DNA of 64,000 nucleotides, taken from assembly GCA_001179505.1 (NCBI GenBank), contig CDMY01000553.1, forward strand, positions 62,001 to 126,000. The letters run 5' to 3'. Made by a program: the position numbers and the translations under genes. The notes under the pieces were generated by a model. It did not search any database and had not been told where the DNA came from. It saw only the letters and a list, made by a program, of their open reading frames with translations. This document shows, piece after piece, positions 1 through 11,500 of this stretch. Within the stretch, counting starts at the first letter, position 1, and every line of letters starts with the position of its first letter. Source of the DNA: Vitrella brassicaformis CCMP3155. Taxonomy: Eukaryota; Protista; Chromerida.

Positions 1-1688
1 GGGAGCAGCAGGGTGGTGACCAGGAGCCCGAAGACCAGCACGACGAGGAGGGTCAGCATGACGAGGAGGGTCAGCACGACCAGGAGGGCGGTCAGCTTGC
101 TGCTGCTGCTGCTGCTGCAAAAGATTTGGTGATGGACGGCATTTGGCTGTCGCGACTGGTGTGGCCCTTAGCGATGCTGGTCACCCTCTACGACGCCATC
201 AAGGGTACGTTTGGCTGCGTGCCGATGCGATGCCGCCTTGCATCTCTGTGTGCCGATGCATTCATTCTTGATGTGTGTGTGTGTGTGGGTGTGTGTGGGT
301 GTCTGTGCGCGTGGGTGTTTCCCTCGCTGCTGCAGACCAGCTGTGGCAACACATCTGGAGGGACAGGGTCAAGCTCTACGGCGAGGGCCCGGCACACACC
401 ATCCCAGCAGACAAGCAGTGCTGCATTTGGCTGTGGCGGCCCCACATCAAGGTGCGCATCCCCATGGCAAAGCCTGGCAATGCCTCCCGCCTCACGCCCG
501 ACCGGTGGCTCAAGATGGTCATCATTCTGGAGAAGCTTCACTCCGTCCAGGCCTTGCCGGCCAACGTGCTGACGCACTGGGGCAAGTGGGGCCTCCTCAA
601 GTCGCTGCATTTCCACAAAGGGATCATCACCATCGAACACAATCACCTGGTATGTGCACACGTCTGCACAGCACAGCACAGCACAGCACAGCACAGCAGA
701 GAGAGAGGGAGAGAGGGAATGTTTGGGCGTGGCTGACCTGACGTGATGTACATGCCCTCGGTGTGCTCTGCCTGGCTGTGCGTGTGCGTCTGTCTGCAGG
801 ATAAGTTGTTCAAGAAATACAGCAAGAGCGAGCTCCTGGCCATGCCGCTGGCCCTGGTGGAGTACGAGCTGCTCGCGCTGGCCGGCATGGCCGCGCCGCT
901 GGACTCCATCGTGTGGAACGCCCCGGCCAATCCTGGTGCCGAGCCCACCATCGATGAGATCACCTTTGCCGCCCATGGCCGTCTGCGTCACTGCAGCATC
1001 CGGCTGGCGCCAGGCGCCAACAACCAGCCCGCCAGCCAGCAGATCGACCCGCGCCTCACCATCTCGTACCATCAGCAGCCCATCCCCCTGCAGCTGTCCA
1101 ACGCCGCATTCATCAACGAGATCCATCGGCACAAAAGGCAGCCCATCTTTAGGTGCTCAGTGCGCCGCACCGAGCAGGGGACGGCGGCAGATGTGGAGGC
1201 GTGCCGGGAGTGGGTGTGTGGGTGGGTGGGGGGATTGGGTGGCGGGCTGGCGGCCATTTACCGATGCGGCATCCAGGAGCCCAACACCCCGCCGCAGCGG
1301 CCGCCCACCCTCTACTTCGTCCTCTGCGTGGACCCCTTCATCGTGGTGACATCGACCGACATTCTGCCGGCCGATGACGGCTTTGATGCTGAGGTATATA
1401 CATAGTGGGATGGATTGGATCCCATTGGGATGGGTGCAGTGGAGTGCGGTCATTCATTCGTTCGTCGCTGTGTGTGTTTGTGTGTCTTCCCCTTAGGTGC
1501 GGATTGCCGGCGAGGCCGAGTCGCGCTGCCATGTCAGATCACTTGCTGACCTGAACCGCGTGTTGGACCACCGCCAGTCGGAGAAGTACGCAGCGTTCGT
1601 GCGCCGCCTGCGGGGACTCGCCGATTTCCCCGGCGTCACCTTCACCGCCACGACAGCCCACAAGTTTCTCAACATGGACCTACAGTAG
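1..1688 (+). CDS. Lineage-specific hypothetical protein, 5'-truncated by the window edge; paralogue of 14537-16217
   Basis: Exons 3-204, 336-649, 800-1393 and 1497-1688 join in frame across GT..AG introns (..LYDAIK/DQLWQHIW..HNHL/DKLFKK..GFDAE/VRIAGE..MDLQ*). It has an N-terminal (EEGQHD)n repeat and the same exon structure as the inverted copy. Confidence 0.8.
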
Positions 1689-1832
1689 ATAGAGGCCGTG
1701 ACAGACAGACAGACAGACAGACAGACAGAGAGGGAGGGCGGGAGGGAGGGATGGCGGGCTGGGGTGAATGCAATGCATGCTGCACACACTACTCTCCGGT
1801 GGGCAAGGAGAGGTGAGCCGAGGTGACGTGAT
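1..1832 (+). repeat. Left arm of an inverted segmental duplication (partner ~14434-16230)
   Basis: Exons, introns and 3' flank (to ...aggtgacgtgatg at ~1832) align by eye to the reverse complement of ~14434-16230. Confidence 0.9.
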
Positions 1833-2165
1833 GGCGGGTACTGTACATGGTATGAGGTGACAGTTGGAGAAATCCGTCCGTCCGTGAAGTGACCAATTCA
1901 ACCCATGGCATGAACCGTGTCTGTGCATGCAATGCATTGCAGCACATCAAGTCGCACCACATACACAGAGAGATTCAAAATGACCCCCCCACACACGCGT
2001 CCACCACACCACACCACACACGAGTGGCGCAGCGGCAACCGACAGGAGACAAGACAGGCAGACCAACAGGCAGGGCATGTTATAAATCCCCGCTGCCTGC
2101 CTGCCCACCGCGCCAATCAGTCACAGCTGCTGCCATCCCATGTCGGTCGGTCACCCCCCACTGCC

Positions 2166-3223
2166 TCACTCGTCTTCGTCACCGCCAGCAGCGGCCAGGG
2201 TCATCTGGGCGGCGATCTGCATCTTGCGCGCCACTCGTTCCTTGCGCTGCTGGTTGTTGAACTTGACGCGGCGCTCGTACTTGCCGGTGCTGGTCTGGAT
2301 GAAGTTGCCCTCGCGCACGTGGACGGGCTCCTGGTCGCGCTTCTTGGCCTCTCTGTCGGGGTTGGCCCGAATGGCTGCGTGTGCCTTGGTGTACATGTCC
2401 TCGAGGCCGTCAGCGTCGATGCCGGCGGCGATGAACTTGGCGAAGTGCTTCTCGTACTTGTCGCCATCCTCCTCCTGCATCTGGCTCATGTACTCGGCCA
2501 CGTGCTTGCCCAGGATGCGGTCCTTGTGCTTCTCGGCGTCGTACTCGCCCTCCTTGCCGTCCTCGCTCTTCTTGTACCCCGGGAACCGCTTGTTGGAGTG
2601 AGGGATGTGCAGCCCGCCGTCCACGGCACCCTTGAGCGCACCGAACACGCGGTTGCCCGTCGTGGTGCGCACCAGGCCGACGTCGAGCAGAGCCTTGAAG
2701 GGCCGGCGGTCGCCATCATGCTCCTCCTCGACGTGGTAGTCCTCGCCGGTCACCTGCTCGACGCCCTTGATGGCCTCGTCGAGGCCGACGGTCTTGAGGA
2801 GGCGGCGAGCCAGGAGGAGGCCGGTGCAGTAGGCGGCGGCGTAGTTGGTGAGCCCCACGGTGACGCCGTACCTGGGGAGCTCGGTGGACTCGGCGCTGGC
2901 CATGACGCGGTCGCCCTGGATGGTGGCGTAGATGACCTGGCAGATGATCCGCTGGTTGGTGATGCGCACCACAAACCGGTACTTGGGCGACTGGTACTTG
3001 CTCTTCTCCTGCGCCACCAGCCGACGACGGGCGTGGTAGTCCGTCTTGCCCTCACGCCGACGACGGTATTTGACCTGCCAGGGGGACACACACACACAAC
3101 CCAGCATAGATCAGGCAGCACACTGAGTGAGAGGCGCGTCCAGAGACCCAATCGAGATGTGTGGGGGGTCACCTGGTAGCGCTTGAAGTAGGCCTTGTCC
3201 TTGACGACCTTGACGAACGCCAT
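2166..3223 (-). CDS. RPL5: 60S ribosomal protein L5 (uL18)
   Basis: Exons 3223-3173 ([17 protein letters not shown]) and 3074-2166 ([51 protein letters not shown]). These are hallmark uL18 motifs. A 5'UTR intron ends at cag|gctgagggacagccATG. Confidence 0.98.
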
Positions 3224-3387
3224 GGCTGTCCCTCAGCCTGCAGCACACAGCCACGCACCCACACACCAGGATGAGAAAAGATCTCGGTGATAATCGACAG
3301 GTGAGTGCTTCCAACGTGCTTGGCAGCGTACCTGGCGTGTCAATGAGGCTCACGGGAGCTTTTCCCCCCCACTGCGAGCTTGTGATG

Positions 3388-3422
3388 AGTTTCACGGAAT
3401 GAGGATTAGCTAAGCGCGCACA
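3388..3422. promoter_or_regulatory. Composite element AGTTTCACGGAATGAGGA-N2-AGCTAAGCGCGCACA in the RPL5 / His-rich gene bidirectional promoter
   Basis: The 18-mer is identical at 16526-16543, and the adjacent 15-mer matches 16552-16566 at 13/15 positions. Regulatory function is inferred from position only. Confidence 0.5.
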
Positions 3423-3565
3423 GCAACCTGTCTTCTCCCCCGGGACATGTTCTGCGCGATTGTGGCTCCTTCACACATCATCCTGGAGCAAGCGGAGCGG
3501 TGCGTCCAAGCACCTTTCAACTGTCGGCCACCGTGCCACACAATCGTACGTCTGAGTAGATAGTG

Positions 3566-4907
3566 ATGACGACCAAGCCTTCGTCAGGCAGACGGCGACA
3601 CCAGAAGGCCTCTGTCAACGACTCCTTCGAGAACAAAGCCGAGCTCGTCCACGAGAGGTGAGGGGGGAGTGGCGCGGGGGGGTGGGCAGCATGGAGGGAA
3701 GGAGGGGAAGAGCTGAGAGGCCGAAAGAGGTGCAGGGGAGTGAGACATGGCGCGTAGGCCTGGGATGGTTGACCTCGGGTGCTCGTCTCATCCGATGCTC
3801 TTGACTGTCTGTCGGTGTGGTGGTCCTTCCCTGTTTGTTGGTGTCTTTCTGTCAGGACAATGGCCATGGGCCAGTTTGTGAATAGCCACCCTTCAGCGTG
3901 TTTCAGCAGTGCCGAGAGCAGCAGCAAGCACCCCAAGCGCACCCGCCACCCCGGCCACTCGGCTGACGTGCACCACCACACCCACCTGCACCGCCACGCC
4001 CACCACCAAGACCACGCTCACCACGCTCTGCGGCACGTGTCTCACCACCACCCGCACCACCTGCACCTGCACCACCACCCCCCCCTGTCATCAGCGTCCA
4101 AGACCCCTCCCCTGCCCCACGCGCACTCGCAGCCGCCCCCTTCGGCGGGGCTGGACATGTCGGTCAAGAGCACCAAGTCATCGGAACTCATGGCGCTCGT
4201 CCGCAATATGAGCAACAGTGACGCTAGCGGCAGCACCACTGCATCACCTGCTAAGGCCAACGCGCTGGGATCGGTACGCCCAACACACAGACTGCACCAG
4301 AAAAGCCCGGCGAGAATGCCTGTGTGATGTGTGGGCTGGGTGTGCGCTGTGCTGCGGTGCTGTCCCTGTGGTGTTGTGGGTTGTTTTAAGGTGTTTTTCC
4401 CTCCTCCGACTGGGCGTGCCCCGGTAGGGTTGGGAAGCGGCAGCACACTACCGCCCAGCAGCCAATCTGACAACGACACCGAATCGGTCAAGTCGGACGA
4501 CTCATCCAAGCGTTTCGCCGCATCCAAATACAAACTCTCACCCAGACCCGAAGAGGTACATACACTCGGACGGACAAACCACACACGCCAGCACACCACA
4601 CCACACCACACCACATTCCCTCGCACTGTCTGTCTGTCTGTTGTGTGGCCATCAGGTCCCATTGCCGAAGTTCATGTCACGGGAGAGCATTGTGAGTTCG
4701 GCCGCGAGCCCATCGTCGAGCATCAGCAGCCGGCGGGGTGCGGCCGACGGCCCATCTGGTGCCGACAGCAGCCGAGATGAGACCGAGAGCCAGCAGCGGT
4801 CCGGCAACTCGTCGGGCGCCAACACAGCACGGTGCTCGCGAGAGGCGGCCGACCTCACGAGCGAAGAAATGACCCTCCAACTCAAGAGGGACCTCATGAT
4901 CGCCTGA
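3566..4907 (+). CDS. Hypothetical low-complexity protein with a His-rich tract and Ser-rich C-terminus
   Basis: Exons 3566-3657, 3856-4273, 4391-4555 and 4656-4907 splice in frame (MTTKPSSGRR..HER/TMAMG..LGS/VFFPP..PEE/VPLPKF..DLMIA*). No family recognised. Confidence 0.7.
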
Positions 4908-7900
4908 CTGACTCACCTGCTCTGCTGACCGAACCAATCCACTCACTGACGGAACACAGTACACGGACAGTGGGGAGGGAGGGACTGGGGAGGGGTGTGT
5001 GGGCTCGGCGAGTGGGTGGGTGCGTGTGTCCATGTCGTGTCGTGTCGTGTGTGTGTGGGTAGTAGGCGTGTGTCTATTCTCATGTGGTCCATTCAATCAT
5101 TCCTCCTCTTTGTATCTATGTGTGGGATGAGGTATGGTGTGTGGCTCACCTCACCGGCTGGGGGTGTGTGTGGGTGGGTGTGTATTGGTCGGTTCGGTCA
5201 GTATATATCTGTCTGTCTGTCCTTCCTGGATCAGCAATCATGCTGTCTGGCTGGCTGGCTGGCCGGGTGCTGCTCTCGATTCGACTGTCTGATACCTGCC
5301 TGCATTCCATTCATGGGTCGGTCGGTGGCCGGCCAGGAAGGACACATTCCTCACGTCCACAGATGGCTACACATACGTGCCTGCCTGCCTGCCTACAGCA
5401 GCAACACAACAATACAACACACCCTATCTATGAGTGCGTGTGAATGAGAGACAGGCTGTCCTCTTCGTCGGTCTGTCAGTAAGACAATACTGGAGGGAGA
5501 GGGAGGGAGGGAGGGAGAGGGAGGGCGGGGAATAGCTGAGAGTGCTCAGAGTGATCGACCAAAGAGAGAGTTAGCAAGTGCAGCTCGTCTTGTCTGCCCT
5601 TTCTATCTAAGCGCTCGGTGTGTGCGGTCCTCTCTGCACGCCCAACACAACAGACACGCTCATCCGCACACCCTCGAGTGCTGCCTCTTGCGAGCCGACT
5701 GAATTTTTGCCACACAGCTGTCGGATCTACTGCTGCCTGCACACACCACACCCAAGTGAAGAGGACAGACAAAGGAGCTAGCTATGTGATCTCTCTCCTT
5801 TCTCTCTCTGCATGACGTCGTTGACACGTGTGAGCACTTGCATGCCACGGCATTCCCCGCCCCGCCCGGCTCTCTGTGGGTGTGGGAACATATGGGCTGG
5901 ATGGATGGGGGATGGGTGGGTGGCTGTCTGGCCTGGATGTCAGCGAGCATACTCGTGTGCGTAGGTATGAGCGAGTCAGTGGCTGGCCGGTGTCCATCCA
6001 TCTCTCTATCTCTCTATCGACCCATATCACCCCGGTCCGTCTTTTCCCAGGGTGTGTCTCTGTATGTGTCTATGTATGGTGTGTTTTTTCTCGCGTTGCT
6101 GCGGTCGGTCATCCCTGAGTGCTCATCCTATCGATCGGTGCTTGATTCGCTCGCTGTCACCCACCTTTAACCAGCTGGCACGTCACTTACACACGCTTGC
6201 CGGGCCGGCGACTGACCGTTTTTGCAATGCATATGATATACATGACGACTGGATGGATGGATGCATGCATCAGGGGAACGCTGAAGGCCCAGAGAGAGGC
6301 GAGGGGGGAGTATCGGAGAGAGGGTGCAGTACAGTACAGTCGGTGCTCGCTCACGCAAGCCGTAAGTGTATTTCATTCAGGCCAGGCCCCTCGGTTGCAG
6401 AGCGCACACACACCGACCGACCGACCTACACTGTTGGATTGAGTGCTAAGATTCGCCACGCCACGCCACGCCACGGGCGTGGTCCGTGCTTTTCTTTCTT
6501 CCTTTGATGGCTTTATGCTATGCGGTGGTCGGTGTTCGTTCGTTCTCTGCCCCTCTACTCTGGCATATGATCTCGCATTCTTTTTTCCCCACTCTCCCCC
6601 TCTCGTCCTCTCTGCATCCATCCCTATCCCTGGTGGCAGGTGGCCACCCCCCCCTCTGTGTCGTGTGTATGGTGTGTGTTCACGTCTGGGTGTTTTCTTT
6701 TCGTTATCCATGCTGTTGTGTGGTGTGTAGTGGAGACGACGGACGTCCCCAGGGCACGTGACAGACAAGCATGGGGCGGCTGGCCGATGGGTCGGTCGGT
6801 CGGTGTCTAGAGGGAGGGGAAGAAGGCGATGCGAGGCGAGGCAAGTGATTGGCTGTTGTGTGTCATATCTCATGGGCTGGGTGGCTGTTGAGTGAGTGAG
6901 CCGAGTGTTCGACCACATGGATGGATGGATGGCTGATGAATACGCGGGCGCACACGTCATATTTGGTGTGAAAGCGCGCGTCGGTTGGCTGTTGATTGGT
7001 TGGATGGATGGGTGATGTCAGAGGGGGGAGGGGAGGGGAGAGGAGGAGGGACAGAGGGGGCCGGGCGGTCTGGCGGGACCATTTCACCCCAGTTTCGGCT
7101 GGCTCTCTGCAATCAACGAATGCATCCCTCTGCTTGCAGCTATGCACCCACCCTCCCTCCCTCTGATGAGACTCTGTCAGTCAGTCTGTCTATCGCTCAC
7201 TCGATAGCTTCTGTCTGTCTGTGCGTACGTGTGTATGTATGACTGTCTGTCTGTCTGTATGACGCACACCCTGACATTTGTGTACTGACGGGCCTTCCCT
7301 CGACCGATCGACACTGTGGCCGGGCCGCTCTTGAGCTGTTTGTGGTTACGTACGTACGTCGCTTCCTTTCGTGCGCGTGCGCGGGCGCGGATGGCTGGCT
7401 GACCGGGGCAATCTTGAGAGGTTTGTTTCATTCATCCGTGTGTGTCGTACGTATTGGGTCGGTGGTGTTTTTGCTTTTGCACGGCCGAGGGGGATGACGG
7501 GCTGGCTGGCTGGCTGCTTCTGTCCCGCCTTGCCCGTATGTGTATGTGCTGCATGTGGCCCGCTCTTTGCCAGAGAGGACAAACAGACAGACAGACAAGA
7601 GGACACGCAGAGAGGAAGAAAACAGCTCCATCGAGCATCCATCCATCCATTCACCGGTTGAGATCGATCCATCTCCATCTGTCGCCCCTGACCGAGTGAC
7701 TGTTTTGTTTGTCCTGTGTGTGTGTTGTGTGTGTATGGGTAACCGTAGGCGCGTATACAAGACATACATGGGTGTGAATGTGTGTACGTTATGTAGGTGT
7801 GCGCTGCGCCTCAGTAGAGCGCACTGCACTCACTCAATGGCTGCACAGTCATGTCATGCAGGAGGGGCCCTTGTGTGTCTTACTTGTGTGTGTCCCCTGA

Positions 7901-8532
7901 CTGTCGGTGAGTCAGCCGCTGTGTGTGTGTGGGCCAAGAGATCTCTGTCTGGGAGTCAGCGCCGATCTGTCTTTCTGTCTGGCTGTCCGTGTGCATGTCG
8001 TCTGTGATGTTGCTTGTTTGTCGCTGTAAAGAGGTCTGGCTGGTATTTTGTTTGCCTGTGAGGGTGGGCGGCTGGGTGGGCGCGTGCTGTATCGATGAGC
8101 GAGGCGGGCGGGCGGGCAGCAGACAGCCAGAGAGACATAACTAACACACAACACTGATCGCATGTAGCTAGCATGCATAAGGACGATGATGGAAGAGATT
8201 TTCTATCGGTTTGCTGCTGCTGCTGGTGGTGGTGGTCTCTGTAAATATGCTCTTCTGATGCCTCGCCATCGCTGCACTGCTCTCATCCCTCCCCCTGGCT
8301 CACTGACTGACCCGTCGATTCGATAAGGTATCAAACGACGCACTGACTCGCTTGTGTGGCGTGGCTGCTGTAAAGTATGCGGATGGCTGCTGAATGGCTG
8401 ACCTGAATGAATCATGGCGTGAAATGGAAATGGATGGCATGTGTGTGTCGCTCTCGGTCCCGCTCGTCTGTCTGTGCGCCTCTCTCATCACTTTGTCTCT
8501 CCACCTCTCTCTCAGGCACACCACACCACACC

Positions 8533-8563
<31 letters not shown>

Positions 8564-11500
8564 GCGTACAGTTTTTTGTCCCACGCTGACCGAAACATCT
8601 CACGGCTACTACTATCTGTCTATCGTCTTGACCACCAAGAGCGCATCCCACCTCTTCATTATTGGGTGCGTTCGGTCTCTTTTTCGCAGCGAGCAGGGCG
8701 AGAGAGGAGTAAGTGCTGCCTTGCCTGCATCCAATGCAATCACTGCACCGCAGACAGAACAGGAGACAAACATGCCTGCCTTGATTCGATCGATCCGTGG
8801 TGGGGATGTGTGTGGTGTGGTGTGGTTCCATGTGTACGTACGTACGGTCAAGACACCGCCGTCCCTTCTCCGCAGACAAGGAATGACAGTGAGTGCGTCA
8901 AGCCAGCCGAACACACAATGTGACTGACACAATAAGGCACTCTGGGGGCTCTGACGGGCACCTGCTTGCCTTCACACTCGCTGACAAGCTTGTACGCAAC
9001 ACGCATAGACAGACAGACGAGGGCGAGGTGGTCTTGAGTTTTGGTCATGCGTATGTCCGTCAATGTGTATGTGTATGTGTGTGTGGCGTCTGTCGTGTGT
9101 GCACCATGTCCGTCCGTCGTCTCATGGTTCCGACTAGACCCGACCCGACCTGCGGAGGCAGGCCGGCCTCTGATAGCTGAGTCAGTCAGGCGCTACCCAA
9201 GAGGGGCTCGTGGGTGTGTTTTTTCTGCCGCATCCCCTCCCCGCTCGGCCATTCGTTCATTCGTCGGTTGGTTCGTGTGTGGAAAGAAAACAAGACGGTG
9301 GTCAGACGAGTGAGGGGGGACAGCTGGGATAAGACAGACGAGATGGACGCTCTAAGAGACGACGGAACGAACAAGCGGTCGGACGTGTGTATTGTGTGTG
9401 TATGTACGTGTGTGCGTCGGCGGGCGATGGATGGACAGATGGACAGATGGATCGATTGGACTGGACACACGAGAAGAGGAGGGGAGAGAAACATGCAAAG
9501 CGAGATCAAGGAAGTGACTGACGGATGTCTGTCTGGCGAGGGCGTGGCCACGTGTGTGCATGCTCTCATCGGGGAGGGAGGGGAGGGGCGGCACGCATGA
9601 GTGCGCCGGATGTGTGTGTTGCGGCGGGGCGGGTATTGTGTTGTGTGTAGCTAGGGGTAGGGTGGTTGGCTGCGTAGGAATGGCTGAAAGGTCGTTTTAT
9701 TCTCTACCACCTCCGTGTGTGAGCATGCCATGCGTGTATCCCATACTCATGGGCCATGACTAGATAGATTCCCACCTGGATGATAAAGTCAGCAAGCAAG
9801 GACGACACGAGACGTCACTCACCGAGCAATGTCAGCAAGCGTCCTTTTGTTATCGTGGGCATGGATGGATGGATGGATGCGGTAGGAAGTCAGTGGCGAA
9901 CACCTTTTCACTCACGCGCACACCCTTACTCACCTGCATGATGCCTGCACACGTGTGCTGACCGCACCCTCTCTTTCTGTACGGGTGAGAGTGTGCGCTT
10001 TTCGGTCGGTGTGAGCCCAGCAAGTGTTAGTTGTACATACGGATCAAGCGAGGTGTGCCTGGTGGTGGGGGATCTTACGGACTACATTGTCTATGGTCGG
10101 TCAGCTCTGACGGTTGATGGGGTGTGTGGGTGGGGGGTGGGGGAGAACAGACAGACAGAGAAACGGGGGAAGCAAGGTTTGTTTCGCTGGCGCCCGAATA
10201 AAGCGAGAATTGGCCGGCAAGAGAGCGAGCTGTCTTACTCACTTGTGCTCTGTTTTTCTCAATCGACCAGGTCCACCCAGCCGCCCACCGACGTACCACA
10301 CTCGCCCGGCTTGAGAGAGGGTGAATGGATAAATGGGCGGGCGCCGAGCTAGCCAGGAACATCGCATGGATGGATTGGGTGCTGCCTTTTCGGTGTGTGT
10401 GTCGCTGGCTGGCTGGTACGTGTGTGTGTATGTTGATTTGTTAAGTGATACGAGTGGGTGGGATGAAGGAAGTGACCACTACACCGATAGACTGCCTGAC
10501 TGGCTGGCGGGCTGACTGCTGCCTCTTTTCTGCCTGAATGCCATGTGTGCCTCCCATTTCCCTCCAACCATGACCACCATTCATAAATAACAGCACCGGT
10601 ATGTATACCCTTGATATGCGTGTGTGTAAGGGTACGCACTCACAGTGAGTGCCTCCTTCCTGTGTTGGTGTGGCTGGCTATATGGTCATGGCTATGTCAT
10701 CTCTCTCACTGACTATGCACTACACTACACTACACTACACTTGGCCTGCGTGCATGTCCGCCTGTCGCTTTGTGTGATGGATCCATGGATACATGTACAT
10801 CCCGGCTGCATGGGTATTATTATTTTCGGTCTGGCTGTCGGTTTCTGTCTTTCGTTTTCTGTCTCTGTGCGGCTGTCTGTTTGTGCTTAGCGACCATGAC
10901 CTTGCATCATCCCATCTGTGTACACGTGTGCGTGTGTCAATGTGTCCATGTGTGTGTGTGTATGGTCTGGGTCCGGACGGCAACCGACTCGCAGTCGCTT
11001 TGCCTGCCTACACAAGCACCCACCCACCCACCTCTCGCTCTCTCAGCCACCCACCTCCCTCTCTCTCTCTACTCACCTCACCTACTCGCCTACCTACCTA
11101 CCTACCTACTCGCCTACCTACCTACCTACACCAACTCACTCACCTAGCCGCTGTGAGCTAGCTGCCACAGTCAGACAGACAGACCCGACTTGCCCGCCTC
11201 TCTGGCCACCACCCATCCGCCCGCCCATCTATTGTGTGTGCATTGCATGCGTCCTCCCGTTTCTCGGCTCATTAGCTCAGGCAGCTGACGTGGCGAGAGG
11301 GGGACCGAGGGAGGGGAGGGGGGTGGGCAGTAGGTGTGGCACGGTCATGGTCGGGTCTGTCTGTCAAGTCGGGGGAGGGAAGAGAGCAGGAGGGCGGCCG
11401 TGAGTGAGGGAGAGAGACAAGCAAGGGTTGTCAGTCACGATGATGGATGCAAGGGAGGAGGGGATCGATCTCAGGAGCAGGGGAGCGATGGGTATCCGTA

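Noticed and set aside
1917-3179. 420-aa plus-strand ORF; similar long ORFs at 14768-16309(+), 33958-35250(+), 36022-37071(+) and 47375-48073(-)
   Set aside because: These are antisense shadows of real GC3-rich genes (RPL5, the paralogue, the SPRY gene, beta-tubulin) and show no independent motifs.
5495-5530. G-quadruplex-capable (GGGA)n tract, with others at ~12780 and ~12955
   Set aside because: GGGA microsatellites recur throughout introns and spacers in this genome, and nothing singles these out.
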